From positions 1 through 64,000 of IMG/VR virus record IMGVR_UViG_3300032294_002964: DNA of 64,000 bases; one strand, given 5' to 3'. Position numbers and translations under genes: made by a program. The notes beneath the pieces are model-generated. The model searched no databases, had not been told where the DNA came from, and was given only the letters and a program-made list of their open reading frames with translations. The stretch is from a virus. Of the stretch, positions 48,702 through 57,416 are shown piece by piece. Position 1 is the stretch's first letter; each line of letters begins with the position of its first letter.

Positions 48702-49088
48702 TTATATATAAAAGTCTATATTTATTCTGGATGTATATGGCCAATTTTCATCCATTTTAAGACCAGATGTTCTCAATCCTCTACTATCTAAATAGATGTA
48801 AAATGGAGAAATATCACCATCAGCACGATGAAAGTTTGCACTATATCTATAACCAATTTCATTCATAATAGAAATTGACTTTTTTAAGGTATTTGAAATT
48901 AGGCTATCAAAGAAGAATATACCTCTACTTTTAATTGTAACTCTATATTCACTATTTCCACTATCATCATATCCTTTAAAAACTTCAACATCATATCCCT
49001 CATCTATTAAGTCTGTAAATATATCTTTAAGATGTTCTTGAACATCATCTAATGACTCATTTATGTTAAAATATTTAAGATACTTCAT
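48702..49088 (-). CDS. Putative internal virion protein (paralog family)
   Basis: MKYLKYFNINES; LKDIFTDLIDEG. Confidence 0.5.
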   Translation of the reverse strand: MKYLKYFNINESLDDVQEHLKDIFTDLIDEGYDVEVFKGYDDSGNSEYRVTIKSRGIFFFDSLISNTLKKSISIMNEIGYRYSANFHRADGDISPFYIYLDSRGLRTSGLKMDENWPYTSRINIDFYI

Positions 49089-49867
49089 TACCTTTTAACC
49101 ATGTAGAAGAAGCTTGAGTTTGATTGACCTTTTATTTCTTCTTCAACTTCTTTTATTTCTTCATTTCCCTGTGTAATCATATCAGCAGAATTTATCTTAA
49201 CACCACCTGGTAAAGTGTAGTCATATCTACCAGTTAAATTACCATATTGTTTCTTAGCCCAACCGGTTACCCACTTTACAAATAAATCATCCTTGAATAA
49301 GTATTCAGGTCTTATATTAGCATAACCTTCAATCACAACATCATATTTTACATTTGTTAAAATGTGTAATCTATGTTGCAATTGATTAAAGTGATATTTA
49401 AGTGTATATTTATTTAATTGATTCAACATATCAGACATCGAATCAAGTATTGTTTTATAAACACCTAACTCACCTATTGTTGTTACATATGATGATAGAT
49501 ATGGTTGATTAGTAACACCAAGGTTTACAGATAGGTTTGGTGTGTTTATACCTAATTGTAATAAGCTCTGTGATCTAACTTCGTATAAATATGAAATAGT
49601 TTGTATCTCACAAGGCACATTAACATATCTATACTTTGTAAATTCTTCTGTTTGAAATGCTTCTTGATGTATCATAAAATACATTTTTTGAACAGCATAC
49701 TGATAATTTCTATAAAAATAAGGAAGTGCCCTTGTTTCTATAATTCTTCGGATTTCAGAATCTGGTAAAACTTTTGGAAGTGCACAACCCACCGTTATTT
49801 CATTTTGAACGAAGTCTATTAATTCTTCAATGGTATATCCATCATTGTATGGTACATATTCATCCAT
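49088..49867 (-). CDS. Neck/head-tail adaptor protein, T4 gp13-like
   Basis: K.QYG.L......LPGGV.IN......G.EE...EE C-terminal signature; late motif at 49889-49896. Confidence 0.75.
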   Translation of the reverse strand: MDEYVPYNDGYTIEELIDFVQNEITVGCALPKVLPDSEIRRIIETRALPYFYRNYQYAVQKMYFMIHQEAFQTEEFTKYRYVNVPCEIQTISYLYEVRSQSLLQLGINTPNLSVNLGVTNQPYLSSYVTTIGELGVYKTILDSMSDMLNQLNKYTLKYHFNQLQHRLHILTNVKYDVVIEGYANIRPEYLFKDDLFVKWVTGWAKKQYGNLTGRYDYTLPGGVKINSADMITQGNEEIKEVEEEIKGQSNSSFFYMVKR

Positions 49868-49952
49868 AGGTTTGGTCTATATTTTATTTATATATTAAAT
49901 CAAACAAATCAACTTAGAACATACTATAAATAGTAAAATATTTTTAAATTTA

Positions 49953-51068
49953 ATGAAGACTATTGGACTATGTATGATTGTAAAAGACGAATCTCATGTT
50001 ATAACGAGATGTCTAGACTCAGTAAAAAGACTATTAGATTATGTTCTTATTGTAGATACTGGTTCGATTGACGGAACGCCTCAAGTTATTTATAACTGGT
50101 TATCTCAAAATCAAATTCCAGGTGAGGTTATAATAGAGCCTTGGAAAAACTTTGCATATAATAGAAGTTTTGCTTTAAAGAAACTTAGAGAAAAAGAAGA
50201 TATCGACTATGCTTTAATGATAGATGCTGATGAAATTTTAGTATTTGAGAATGATTTTAATGTAGAAATTTTTAAGTCAAGTTTATACGCAGACATATAT
50301 GACATATTAACAAATATGGGAGGATTTACATATAATAGACCAACTTTAACATCGAATAGAAGAAATTCAAGATACGAGGGAGTTGTTCACGAGTTTTTAG
50401 CAATGGATGATGGTGGATCAAAAGACTCAGCAAGGGGATTTTATAATTGCCCTATACAAGATAGTGCTAGAAATAGAAGTTCTAATAAATTTTTAAAAGA
50501 TGCTGAACTTCTAGAAGAGGCTCTAAAAGATCCAGAATTAAGTGATTGGTTTAGATCAAGGTATACTTTTTATTTAGCACAGTGCTATAGAGATGGTGGT
50601 AAACCAGAGTTATCTTTAGAAAGATACTTAGAAAGATCAAAACAAGGGTTCTGGGAAGAAGAAGTTTACATGAGTCTTTATACAGCAGCTAACTTAATGA
50701 AGGGTTTAAATTATTCTAAAGAAAAAGTTTTACAGACATATATGGAAGCACATGAGGCTCTACCATATAGAGCAGAGGCTATTCACGGTGCAATTAATTA
50801 CTGTCGATACAATGGATTAAATCAACAAGGATACATTTTAGGCAAGCATGCTATTACAATAAAATGTCCCGAAAATTCACTTTTTGTAGAAAAGTGGATT
50901 TATGACTACGGAATATTAGATGAATTTTCTATTTTAGCTTTTTGGGCTGGAAATTTTCAAGAATCTAAAGAAGCATGTGAAAGACTACTGTTTGAAAATA
51001 AAATACCCGACCATTATGTTGATCGGGTTAAATCTAATTTACAGTTTGCAATTGATAGACTTAGTTAA
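49953..51068 (+). CDS. GT2 glycosyltransferase with TPR-like C-terminus
   Basis: LCMIVKDE, DTGS.DGT, NFA.NR, IDADE, VHE and FYLAQCYRD. Confidence 0.85.
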   Translation: MKTIGLCMIVKDESHVITRCLDSVKRLLDYVLIVDTGSIDGTPQVIYNWLSQNQIPGEVIIEPWKNFAYNRSFALKKLREKEDIDYALMIDADEILVFENDFNVEIFKSSLYADIYDILTNMGGFTYNRPTLTSNRRNSRYEGVVHEFLAMDDGGSKDSARGFYNCPIQDSARNRSSNKFLKDAELLEEALKDPELSDWFRSRYTFYLAQCYRDGGKPELSLERYLERSKQGFWEEEVYMSLYTAANLMKGLNYSKEKVLQTYMEAHEALPYRAEAIHGAINYCRYNGLNQQGYILGKHAITIKCPENSLFVEKWIYDYGILDEFSILAFWAGNFQESKEACERLLFENKIPDHYVDRVKSNLQFAIDRLS

Positions 51069-52113
51069 AATTAGGTGATTCTTTTAATTTAGATAGAATT
51101 TCTCTCTCACTCGTCGAGATGTTTTGAGGAATCTTTATATTCATTCTGATAAATAAATCACCAATTGCACCTCTTAGATTAAGATCTGGAACACCCTTTC
51201 CTTGAAATCTCAGTACCTTTCCATGTTCAGTTCCAGGTTGAACTGAGAAGCTCATTTCACCATGTGGTGTTGATATTTTATATTCCTTTCCTAAAATTGC
51301 ATCGATAACTGAAACATATTGATCATAAACTAAATTATTATTTTCTCTTTTAAAAAAAGGATCTTGTTTCTCTTCTATGTGAATAATTAAGTCACCTGGT
51401 TGTCCTAACTTTATCCAATTTCCCATTTGATTCATTGATAAGTTTACACCACCAACTGCACCACTTGGTATTTTTATATCTACTGTTTCTTCTTTAGGAA
51501 CAGTTCCCTGACCTCTACAATTATTACAATTTGTTTTAGTAATTTGTCCGTGACCATTGCAAGAGGTACAATTAATTATCTGTTGAATTGTACCAAATGG
51601 AGTTTGTTGAACAACTCTTCTTTGTCCAGTTCCTTGACAAATACCACAATTTGTTAAATCTCTACCACCATACCCATCGCAAGTATTACACTTAACTTGT
51701 CTTGTATATCTAAGTGTTTTATCAACACCTTTTATAATATCACCGATAGTTACATCAACTTTTATTCTAAGATCGTTTCCTCTTCTATTTTGTCTTTGAG
51801 AATTCATATTTCCAAATCCAAAAATATCACCAAATCTTGAAAAGATATCATCCATTCCGAATCCACCAAATGGACTTCCACCTCCTCCAAAATTACCACC
51901 TACAGAACCATATGTGTCATATTCTTGTTTCTTTTGTGGATCTGATAATACATCAAATGCCTCAGCACATTCTTTAAACTTTTCTTCAGCTGTAGAATCA
52001 CCTGGATTTTTATCCGGATGATACTTCATAGCCATCTTTCTATATGATTTTTTTATTTCATCAGCTGATGATCCTCTATCAACTTCAAGTATTTGATAAT
52101 AATCTTTACTCAT
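51061..52113 (-). CDS. dnaJ: Chaperone DnaJ
   Basis: J domain with HPD, G/F region and four CxxCxGxG repeats. Confidence 0.95.
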   Translation of the reverse strand: MSKDYYQILEVDRGSSADEIKKSYRKMAMKYHPDKNPGDSTAEEKFKECAEAFDVLSDPQKKQEYDTYGSVGGNFGGGGSPFGGFGMDDIFSRFGDIFGFGNMNSQRQNRRGNDLRIKVDVTIGDIIKGVDKTLRYTRQVKCNTCDGYGGRDLTNCGICQGTGQRRVVQQTPFGTIQQIINCTSCNGHGQITKTNCNNCRGQGTVPKEETVDIKIPSGAVGGVNLSMNQMGNWIKLGQPGDLIIHIEEKQDPFFKRENNNLVYDQYVSVIDAILGKEYKISTPHGEMSFSVQPGTEHGKVLRFQGKGVPDLNLRGAIGDLFIRMNIKIPQNISTSEREILSKLKESPNFN

Positions 52114-52157
52114 ATTTTAATTATTCTTTTTATTTTATTTTAACAAAAATTATACCA

Positions 52158-52688
52158 CTATATACTTAGATGTCTGGATAATTTTATATCTCTAATTTCT
52201 TTTTTCATCTCATCAACTGAAATAGAAGCTAAATAACTAATTTTAGATCCTATATAATCTTCTACTATTAAGGTTAGAATTTCAGAATTAGTATCAATAT
52301 TTTCAAAGTCATTTAATTTATCATGATTTTTTAAAAATTTATTTGATAAGAACTCCAAAAATTCTCTTAAATTAAATTGCAATTGATACAATTCAAGTCT
52401 ATAGTTATGTATCTCACCCGGTACTGATGAGAAAATACCTGGCTTATTAATAAAAAACATAGAATAAGCTCTTCTAAGAGTCGGTAGTATATACTCAATT
52501 GGACTATTAGAGTTCTCTATTTTTTTATAGAAAACTGGATCGGTAAATAAATCATAGTGTAAAGTTGTGGAGTCTTTAAATAACTCTTTAAGGTGTTTAA
52601 CATCCTCTGTGTTATTTATTCCTCCACACAATGTGCTATAAAGAATCTCATTATCTAAGTCCTTTAATGATTTAAAGTCACCACTCAT
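52158..52688 (-). CDS. Hypothetical protein with C-terminal RDxKL motif
   Basis: Ends EIRDIKLSRHLSI. Confidence 0.5.
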   Translation of the reverse strand: MSGDFKSLKDLDNEILYSTLCGGINNTEDVKHLKELFKDSTTLHYDLFTDPVFYKKIENSNSPIEYILPTLRRAYSMFFINKPGIFSSVPGEIHNYRLELYQLQFNLREFLEFLSNKFLKNHDKLNDFENIDTNSEILTLIVEDYIGSKISYLASISVDEMKKEIRDIKLSRHLSI

Positions 52689-53188
52689 TTTGATAAAATA
52701 ACTTTTGGATATCTAAATGGCTTACCATTTATTGTATATCCTTTTGATACAACATCAATTATTTTTTTCTCACCAGTCTCTAACATTGAAACCACCTCGT
52801 GTAAATCAGAATCGTATGTCTCTGTTTGAATTTCTTCAATTCCTTGATTTTTCAAAAAATTATGAACTTTATTAAGAATAATATTAATTCCCTCAGATTC
52901 ACCAATTGATTTTTTTGCTATGTGTAAATCATTATCTAAATCAAGAATTGAATTTAACATTTTACCCTTAGTGCTAATTACTAATTCTTCTTTTTCTTTT
53001 TGAACACGCTTCTTATAGTTTTCAAATTCAGCATAGAGTCTCATGTATGAGTCTTTTGATTTAATCTCAGCATACTCATCCATTATCTCATTTAAAACTA
53101 ATTCACCTGCTTCATCGTGAATAATTTTGAACTTCTTATTATCCTCACCAAGAAGTTTCTTTTCTCTTAAAAATTCTACTGTATCCAT
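52685..53188 (-). CDS. grpE: Nucleotide exchange factor GrpE
   Basis: RLYAEFENYKKR, D..LHE.V and KGY......R..KV. Confidence 0.9.
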   Translation of the reverse strand: MDTVEFLREKKLLGEDNKKFKIIHDEAGELVLNEIMDEYAEIKSKDSYMRLYAEFENYKKRVQKEKEELVISTKGKMLNSILDLDNDLHIAKKSIGESEGINIILNKVHNFLKNQGIEEIQTETYDSDLHEVVSMLETGEKKIIDVVSKGYTINGKPFRYPKVILSK

Positions 53189-53189
53189 A

Positions 53190-53675
53190 TTAATAATTAA
53201 ATGAAAGTAATTTTTTTACATTATTTGAAACAACAAACTCATAAGTACCAAATTGGTCAGATACTTTCTGAACATCTAATTTTTCTATTTTAATTTTGAA
53301 ATCATCGATGTAGTCAACAAGCTCTGATAATGACTGCTTATATACACTGTTTGGAATCCAATAGTCTGGAAACTTATCTAAGAACTTATCTACAAAAATT
53401 TCTAATGCTTTTTTTCTAATCAATACTTGATTATTGTTATTTATAGACTTATTAGCTAGGAAATCTACAAGATAAGTATTAAACTTATGTATTAAGTTAT
53501 CGGTCTCAATCACCTTTAATAATCCAACAACTAATGCGTCTCTTTCTGATATTTCAAATTCTTTATTCTCTTTTAATATTTTTTCACCTTCTTTGTCAGA
53601 TCCAACTACATAGTAAACATAGTGATCCCAAAGGCATCTTCGTACCAAATCTTCTGGTGTAACTTTTATATTCAT
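53190..53675 (-). CDS. Hypothetical protein
   Basis: First gene of the grpE-dnaJ unit; promoter at 53699-53725. Confidence 0.55.
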   Translation of the reverse strand: MNIKVTPEDLVRRCLWDHYVYYVVGSDKEGEKILKENKEFEISERDALVVGLLKVIETDNLIHKFNTYLVDFLANKSINNNNQVLIRKKALEIFVDKFLDKFPDYWIPNSVYKQSLSELVDYIDDFKIKIEKLDVQKVSDQFGTYEFVVSNNVKKLLSFNY

Positions 53676-53831
53676 TAACGGATATTATAATTTTATATTT
53701 ATAAGGCTAAATAAGGCAAAAGTTGAATATTAAAATCATCTGAAAAAACTTTGAAAAAATCACATTTTTAATAAAAAAAATGTTATATATAACATATTAT
53801 AAAAATAACAAAAAAATAACATTTAAATGAG

Positions 53832-54065
53832 TTGAAAGACCTTATCCAAACTGAGGTTGACACACCTGACGGTGTGGGCCTCCTTGAACAAATTTACGTG
53901 ACTGAACTTGGTCATGTTATGGCAAGAATTTATTACAGAAAAAAAGGTATCTGGATAAATAAAAAAATTACATCTCTCAATTCACTTTTAGAAGGAACTG
54001 GTATAATCTCTACAGGTGAATATAAGGTCAAAAAAAGTAAATTACATAAAACTAATTATGGCTGA
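53832..54065 (+). CDS. Small hypothetical phage protein
   Basis: V.TPDG.G...IYVTELG..M motif; TTG start. Confidence 0.5.
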   Translation: MKDLIQTEVDTPDGVGLLEQIYVTELGHVMARIYYRKKGIWINKKITSLNSLLEGTGIISTGEYKVKKSKLHKTNYG

Positions 54066-54118
54066 CTGACAAATCAACTTAAAGATTTAATATATAAATA
54101 AAATTATTTAACTATTAA

Positions 54119-55357
54119 ATGATTAGTTATTCAGAATATTTACTTGAAAAAAAGCTAGAAAAACTCTTTGAGTCTAATATTAAGTTCTCAAAGGGTTTTT
54201 TGGGTGCATTAAACTCCATAGATACACCATTATCTAAAAAAATAATGTCATTGCAAAATAATGATGTTGATGTTCAATACAACTATATTGATGTTACTGA
54301 AGAAAATGATAGTGTGAGTTTCACACCTGATAGAAAAGCTCAAGAAATAATAGCTGGTAAAGAAGAAGTATATAAAGTGGTTGATAGTGGAAGATATTTA
54401 ACAAATTCTGAAAGAAATCAACATATCTATGATAGACTAAATCATGAAAGACCTGAAAGTGTTTATCAACCAGAGGTTGGAACAGTTGGTAAAATATTAG
54501 GTGAAACTACTGGAACAACTGGTAAAATATACTGTCTTTTTGAGTGTACGAGTGAGGGTGATAAAGGTAAAAGAACAATTATAAACAAAGAGGCTTTAGA
54601 GTCTTATGATGCCAGCTTTGACAAAGTTTGGAGCACAAGTAGAAATAAGATAAAAATAGGAAGAGTTATTAGAGCTCTTCTTAGAGCAGCTGGTATCCAA
54701 TCAAATGATGCTGAAATTGAAAAGTTTGTAAATCAATACAAATCTACAATTGATATTATCAATGACGCATTCAATAAATTTGATGTTGTCAAGGCTTTTG
54801 ATATTATACACTGGTACAATTATGAAAATTATACTTATGGGACAAATAAGGGGACTTTAGGAAGTTCTTGTATGGCAGAAGTTCCAGATTCTTGGCTTTA
54901 TATTTATAGAGCTAATCCAGATATTTGTAATTTGGTTATACTATATGATGAAAGTGGTAAAATCCAAGATGGTAAATATAAATCTGAAAAGATAATAGGA
55001 AGAGCACTTCTTTGGACAACAAGAGATGGATATAAATTCATGGATAGAATTTACACTGCAAAAGATAGTGATATTGATCTATTCAAAAAATTTGCAGATA
55101 GAAATGGCTGGTGGTCTAAAAGAAATCAAAATTCAGGAAGCGGATTTTCAATTGAAAAGGGCGCTGAGGTTAAAAGTACACCAACTATAATAGTTGATCT
55201 TCAAAAATGGGATGATGAATTTCCATATCTTGATTCACTCATGTATTTAAATAATGAAACTGGTGAAATTTCAAACGATGGTGAATCTATAAAAGCAAAT
55301 TATCTATTACAAAGTACAAGTGGTGGATATGATGAAATAGAAGAGGATGATTATTAA
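54119..55357 (+). CDS. Conserved-looking phage protein (SCM...GRALLW...MDRIY motifs) with CTS-like leader
   Basis: MISYSEYLLE; GTLGSSCM, GRALLW, FMDRIY and FPYLDS; late motif at 54089-54096. Confidence 0.55.
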   Translation: MISYSEYLLEKKLEKLFESNIKFSKGFLGALNSIDTPLSKKIMSLQNNDVDVQYNYIDVTEENDSVSFTPDRKAQEIIAGKEEVYKVVDSGRYLTNSERNQHIYDRLNHERPESVYQPEVGTVGKILGETTGTTGKIYCLFECTSEGDKGKRTIINKEALESYDASFDKVWSTSRNKIKIGRVIRALLRAAGIQSNDAEIEKFVNQYKSTIDIINDAFNKFDVVKAFDIIHWYNYENYTYGTNKGTLGSSCMAEVPDSWLYIYRANPDICNLVILYDESGKIQDGKYKSEKIIGRALLWTTRDGYKFMDRIYTAKDSDIDLFKKFADRNGWWSKRNQNSGSGFSIEKGAEVKSTPTIIVDLQKWDDEFPYLDSLMYLNNETGEISNDGESIKANYLLQSTSGGYDEIEEDDY

Positions 55358-55361
55358 AAAT

Positions 55362-55391
55362 AAAAAAACCCACTCAAATGAGTGGGTTTTT
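55362..55391. terminator. Bidirectional intrinsic terminator (repeat copy)
   Basis: A7-CCCACTC-AAAT-GAGTGGG-T5 between convergent genes. Confidence 0.85.
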
Positions 55392-55395
55392 AGTT

Positions 55396-57267
55396 TTACT
55401 TAACTTCTTCAAAGTTTATGTCTTCTGCTTGAGGTTGACCATCTTGTTGTGGTTCTTGAGTAGAAGCCTGTGAATACAAGTTTGTACTAATTTTATTCCA
55501 AGATTCATTTAGTTTTTCCATCTCAGAATCAATCTTAGTAATATCTTGATCTTTATGAGCTGTTCTCAATTCATTTAAAATTGAGTTCAACTCAGTCTTA
55601 TCATCTTCGGTCAATTTCTCATCAAACTCTTTAATTTGTTTTTCTGTTTGGAAAATCATATTATCAGCTTGATTTAATTTATCTACTTTCTCTTTCTCAA
55701 GTCTATCAGATTCAGCATTTGCTTCAGCTTCCGCCTTCATTCTTTCGATTTCTTCTTTAGAAAGTTGAGATCCACCTTCAATTCGTATTTTATTTTCTTT
55801 ACCAGTTGCCTGATCTTTTGCAGTTACTGAAAGTATGCCATTAGCATCAATGTCAATTGTACATTCAATTTTTGGAACACCGCGAGGTGCTGACATGATT
55901 CCATCAAGATGGAATCTACCAAGTGAACGATTATCACGAGCCATTGGTCTTTCACCTTGTAGTACATGTATTTCTACGGAAGGTTGGTTATCAGATGCTG
56001 TAGAGAATACTTCAGATTTACGAGTTGGTATAGTAGTGTTAGCTTCAATTAGTTTTGTAAATACACCACCCATAGTCTCAATACCTAAAGAAAGTGGAGT
56101 AACATCTAAAAGAAGGACATCAGTGATGTTTCCAGTTAATACTGCTCCTTGAATAGCCGCTCCAATAGCAACAACTTCATCAGGATTTACAGATTTATTT
56201 GGCTTTTTACCAAAATTTTTCTCAATTGCCTCTTGAATTGATGGAATTCTTGTTGACCCACCAACTAAAATAATTTCATCAATGTCTGATGCCTTTATCT
56301 TTGCATTTGTGAGTGCATTTTTAGCACATTGAATAGCTCTATCAACAAGTGATGATGTCAATTGTTCAAATTTAGACCTTGTCATTTTCTTAACAAAGTG
56401 TAGAGGCATTCCATCTTTTGCAGTAATATAAGGAAGATTAATTTCACTTTCTGTTGTTGAACTTAATTCAATCTTAGCTTTCTCAGCGGCATCTTTTAAT
56501 CTTTGAAGGGCCATTGGATCTTTAGAAAGATCCATTGAGTTTTCAGATTTAAACTCTTCAACCATCCAGTTAATAATAGCATTGTCGAAATCGTCACCAC
56601 CTAAGTGAACATCACCATCAGTAGATTTTACTTCAAAAACACCGTCACCGATTTCAAGTACTGATACATCGTGTGTACCACCACCACAGTCAAATACTAA
56701 AATTTTAGCATCTTTATTCTTTTTATCAAGGCCATATGCCAAAGCTGCAGCAGTTGGTTCATTGATAATACGCTCAACTTCAAGACCAGCTATTTTACCA
56801 GCCTCAATAGTTGCAGTTCTTTCAGCATCTCCAAAATATGCGGGTACAGTAATAACTGCTCTTGTAACTTCGTGACCAAGATAGTCCTCTGCAGTTTTTT
56901 TCATTTTTTGAAGAATCATCGCTGAAATTTCCTGAGGAGTATACTTGCGATCATCGATTTGAACTGCCGGAACATTATTACCAGTTTTAACTACTTTATA
57001 AGGTACTCTTTTGATTTCATCTGTGCAGATTGAAAAATCCTTACCAATGAATCTCTTAATAGAGTAAACTGTTTTTTCTGGGTTAGTTACTGCCTGTCTT
57101 TTGGCAGGATCTCCGATTTTACGATCTTTGTCAGTAAATCCAACAACTGATGGTGTTGTTCTCTTACCTTCTGAATTTGTGATTACAATTGGGTCATTTC
57201 CTTCAACCACAGCTACAGCACTGTTTGTGGTTCCCAAATCAATTCCTATAATTACGTTTTTGCTCAT
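55396..57267 (-). CDS. dnaK: Chaperone DnaK (Hsp70)
   Basis: [34 protein letters not shown] and NPDEVVA. Confidence 0.97.
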   Translation of the reverse strand: MSKNVIIGIDLGTTNSAVAVVEGNDPIVITNSEGKRTTPSVVGFTDKDRKIGDPAKRQAVTNPEKTVYSIKRFIGKDFSICTDEIKRVPYKVVKTGNNVPAVQIDDRKYTPQEISAMILQKMKKTAEDYLGHEVTRAVITVPAYFGDAERTATIEAGKIAGLEVERIINEPTAAALAYGLDKKNKDAKILVFDCGGGTHDVSVLEIGDGVFEVKSTDGDVHLGGDDFDNAIINWMVEEFKSENSMDLSKDPMALQRLKDAAEKAKIELSSTTESEINLPYITAKDGMPLHFVKKMTRSKFEQLTSSLVDRAIQCAKNALTNAKIKASDIDEIILVGGSTRIPSIQEAIEKNFGKKPNKSVNPDEVVAIGAAIQGAVLTGNITDVLLLDVTPLSLGIETMGGVFTKLIEANTTIPTRKSEVFSTASDNQPSVEIHVLQGERPMARDNRSLGRFHLDGIMSAPRGVPKIECTIDIDANGILSVTAKDQATGKENKIRIEGGSQLSKEEIERMKAEAEANAESDRLEKEKVDKLNQADNMIFQTEKQIKEFDEKLTEDDKTELNSILNELRTAHKDQDITKIDSEMEKLNESWNKISTNLYSQASTQEPQQDGQPQAEDINFEEVK

Positions 57268-57294
57268 ATAATTTATTTTTTTATAACTTGATTT

Positions 57295-57368
57295 TCAAAT
57301 TGTATGCCAAAAATTTAAATTAGTTTATTTTACTACATTTGACACATTGATATGACATTTTGTCATAT
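57295..57368 (-). promoter_or_regulatory. Sigma54-like -24/-12 element plus palindromic upstream site before dnaK
   Basis: Minus strand TTGGCATACAATTTGA (GG-N10-GA, 57295-57310); perfect palindrome ATATGACA-TTT-TGTCATAT (57350-57368). Confidence 0.5.
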
Positions 57369-57416
57369 TCATTTACAGTAGATTATTCTATGAAAAAAAT
57401 AATTAAAAGTTTAAAT

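Noticed and set aside
57340-57370. CIRCE (HrcA) operator upstream of dnaK
   Set aside because: The palindrome does not match TTAGCACTC-N9-GAGTGCTAA.
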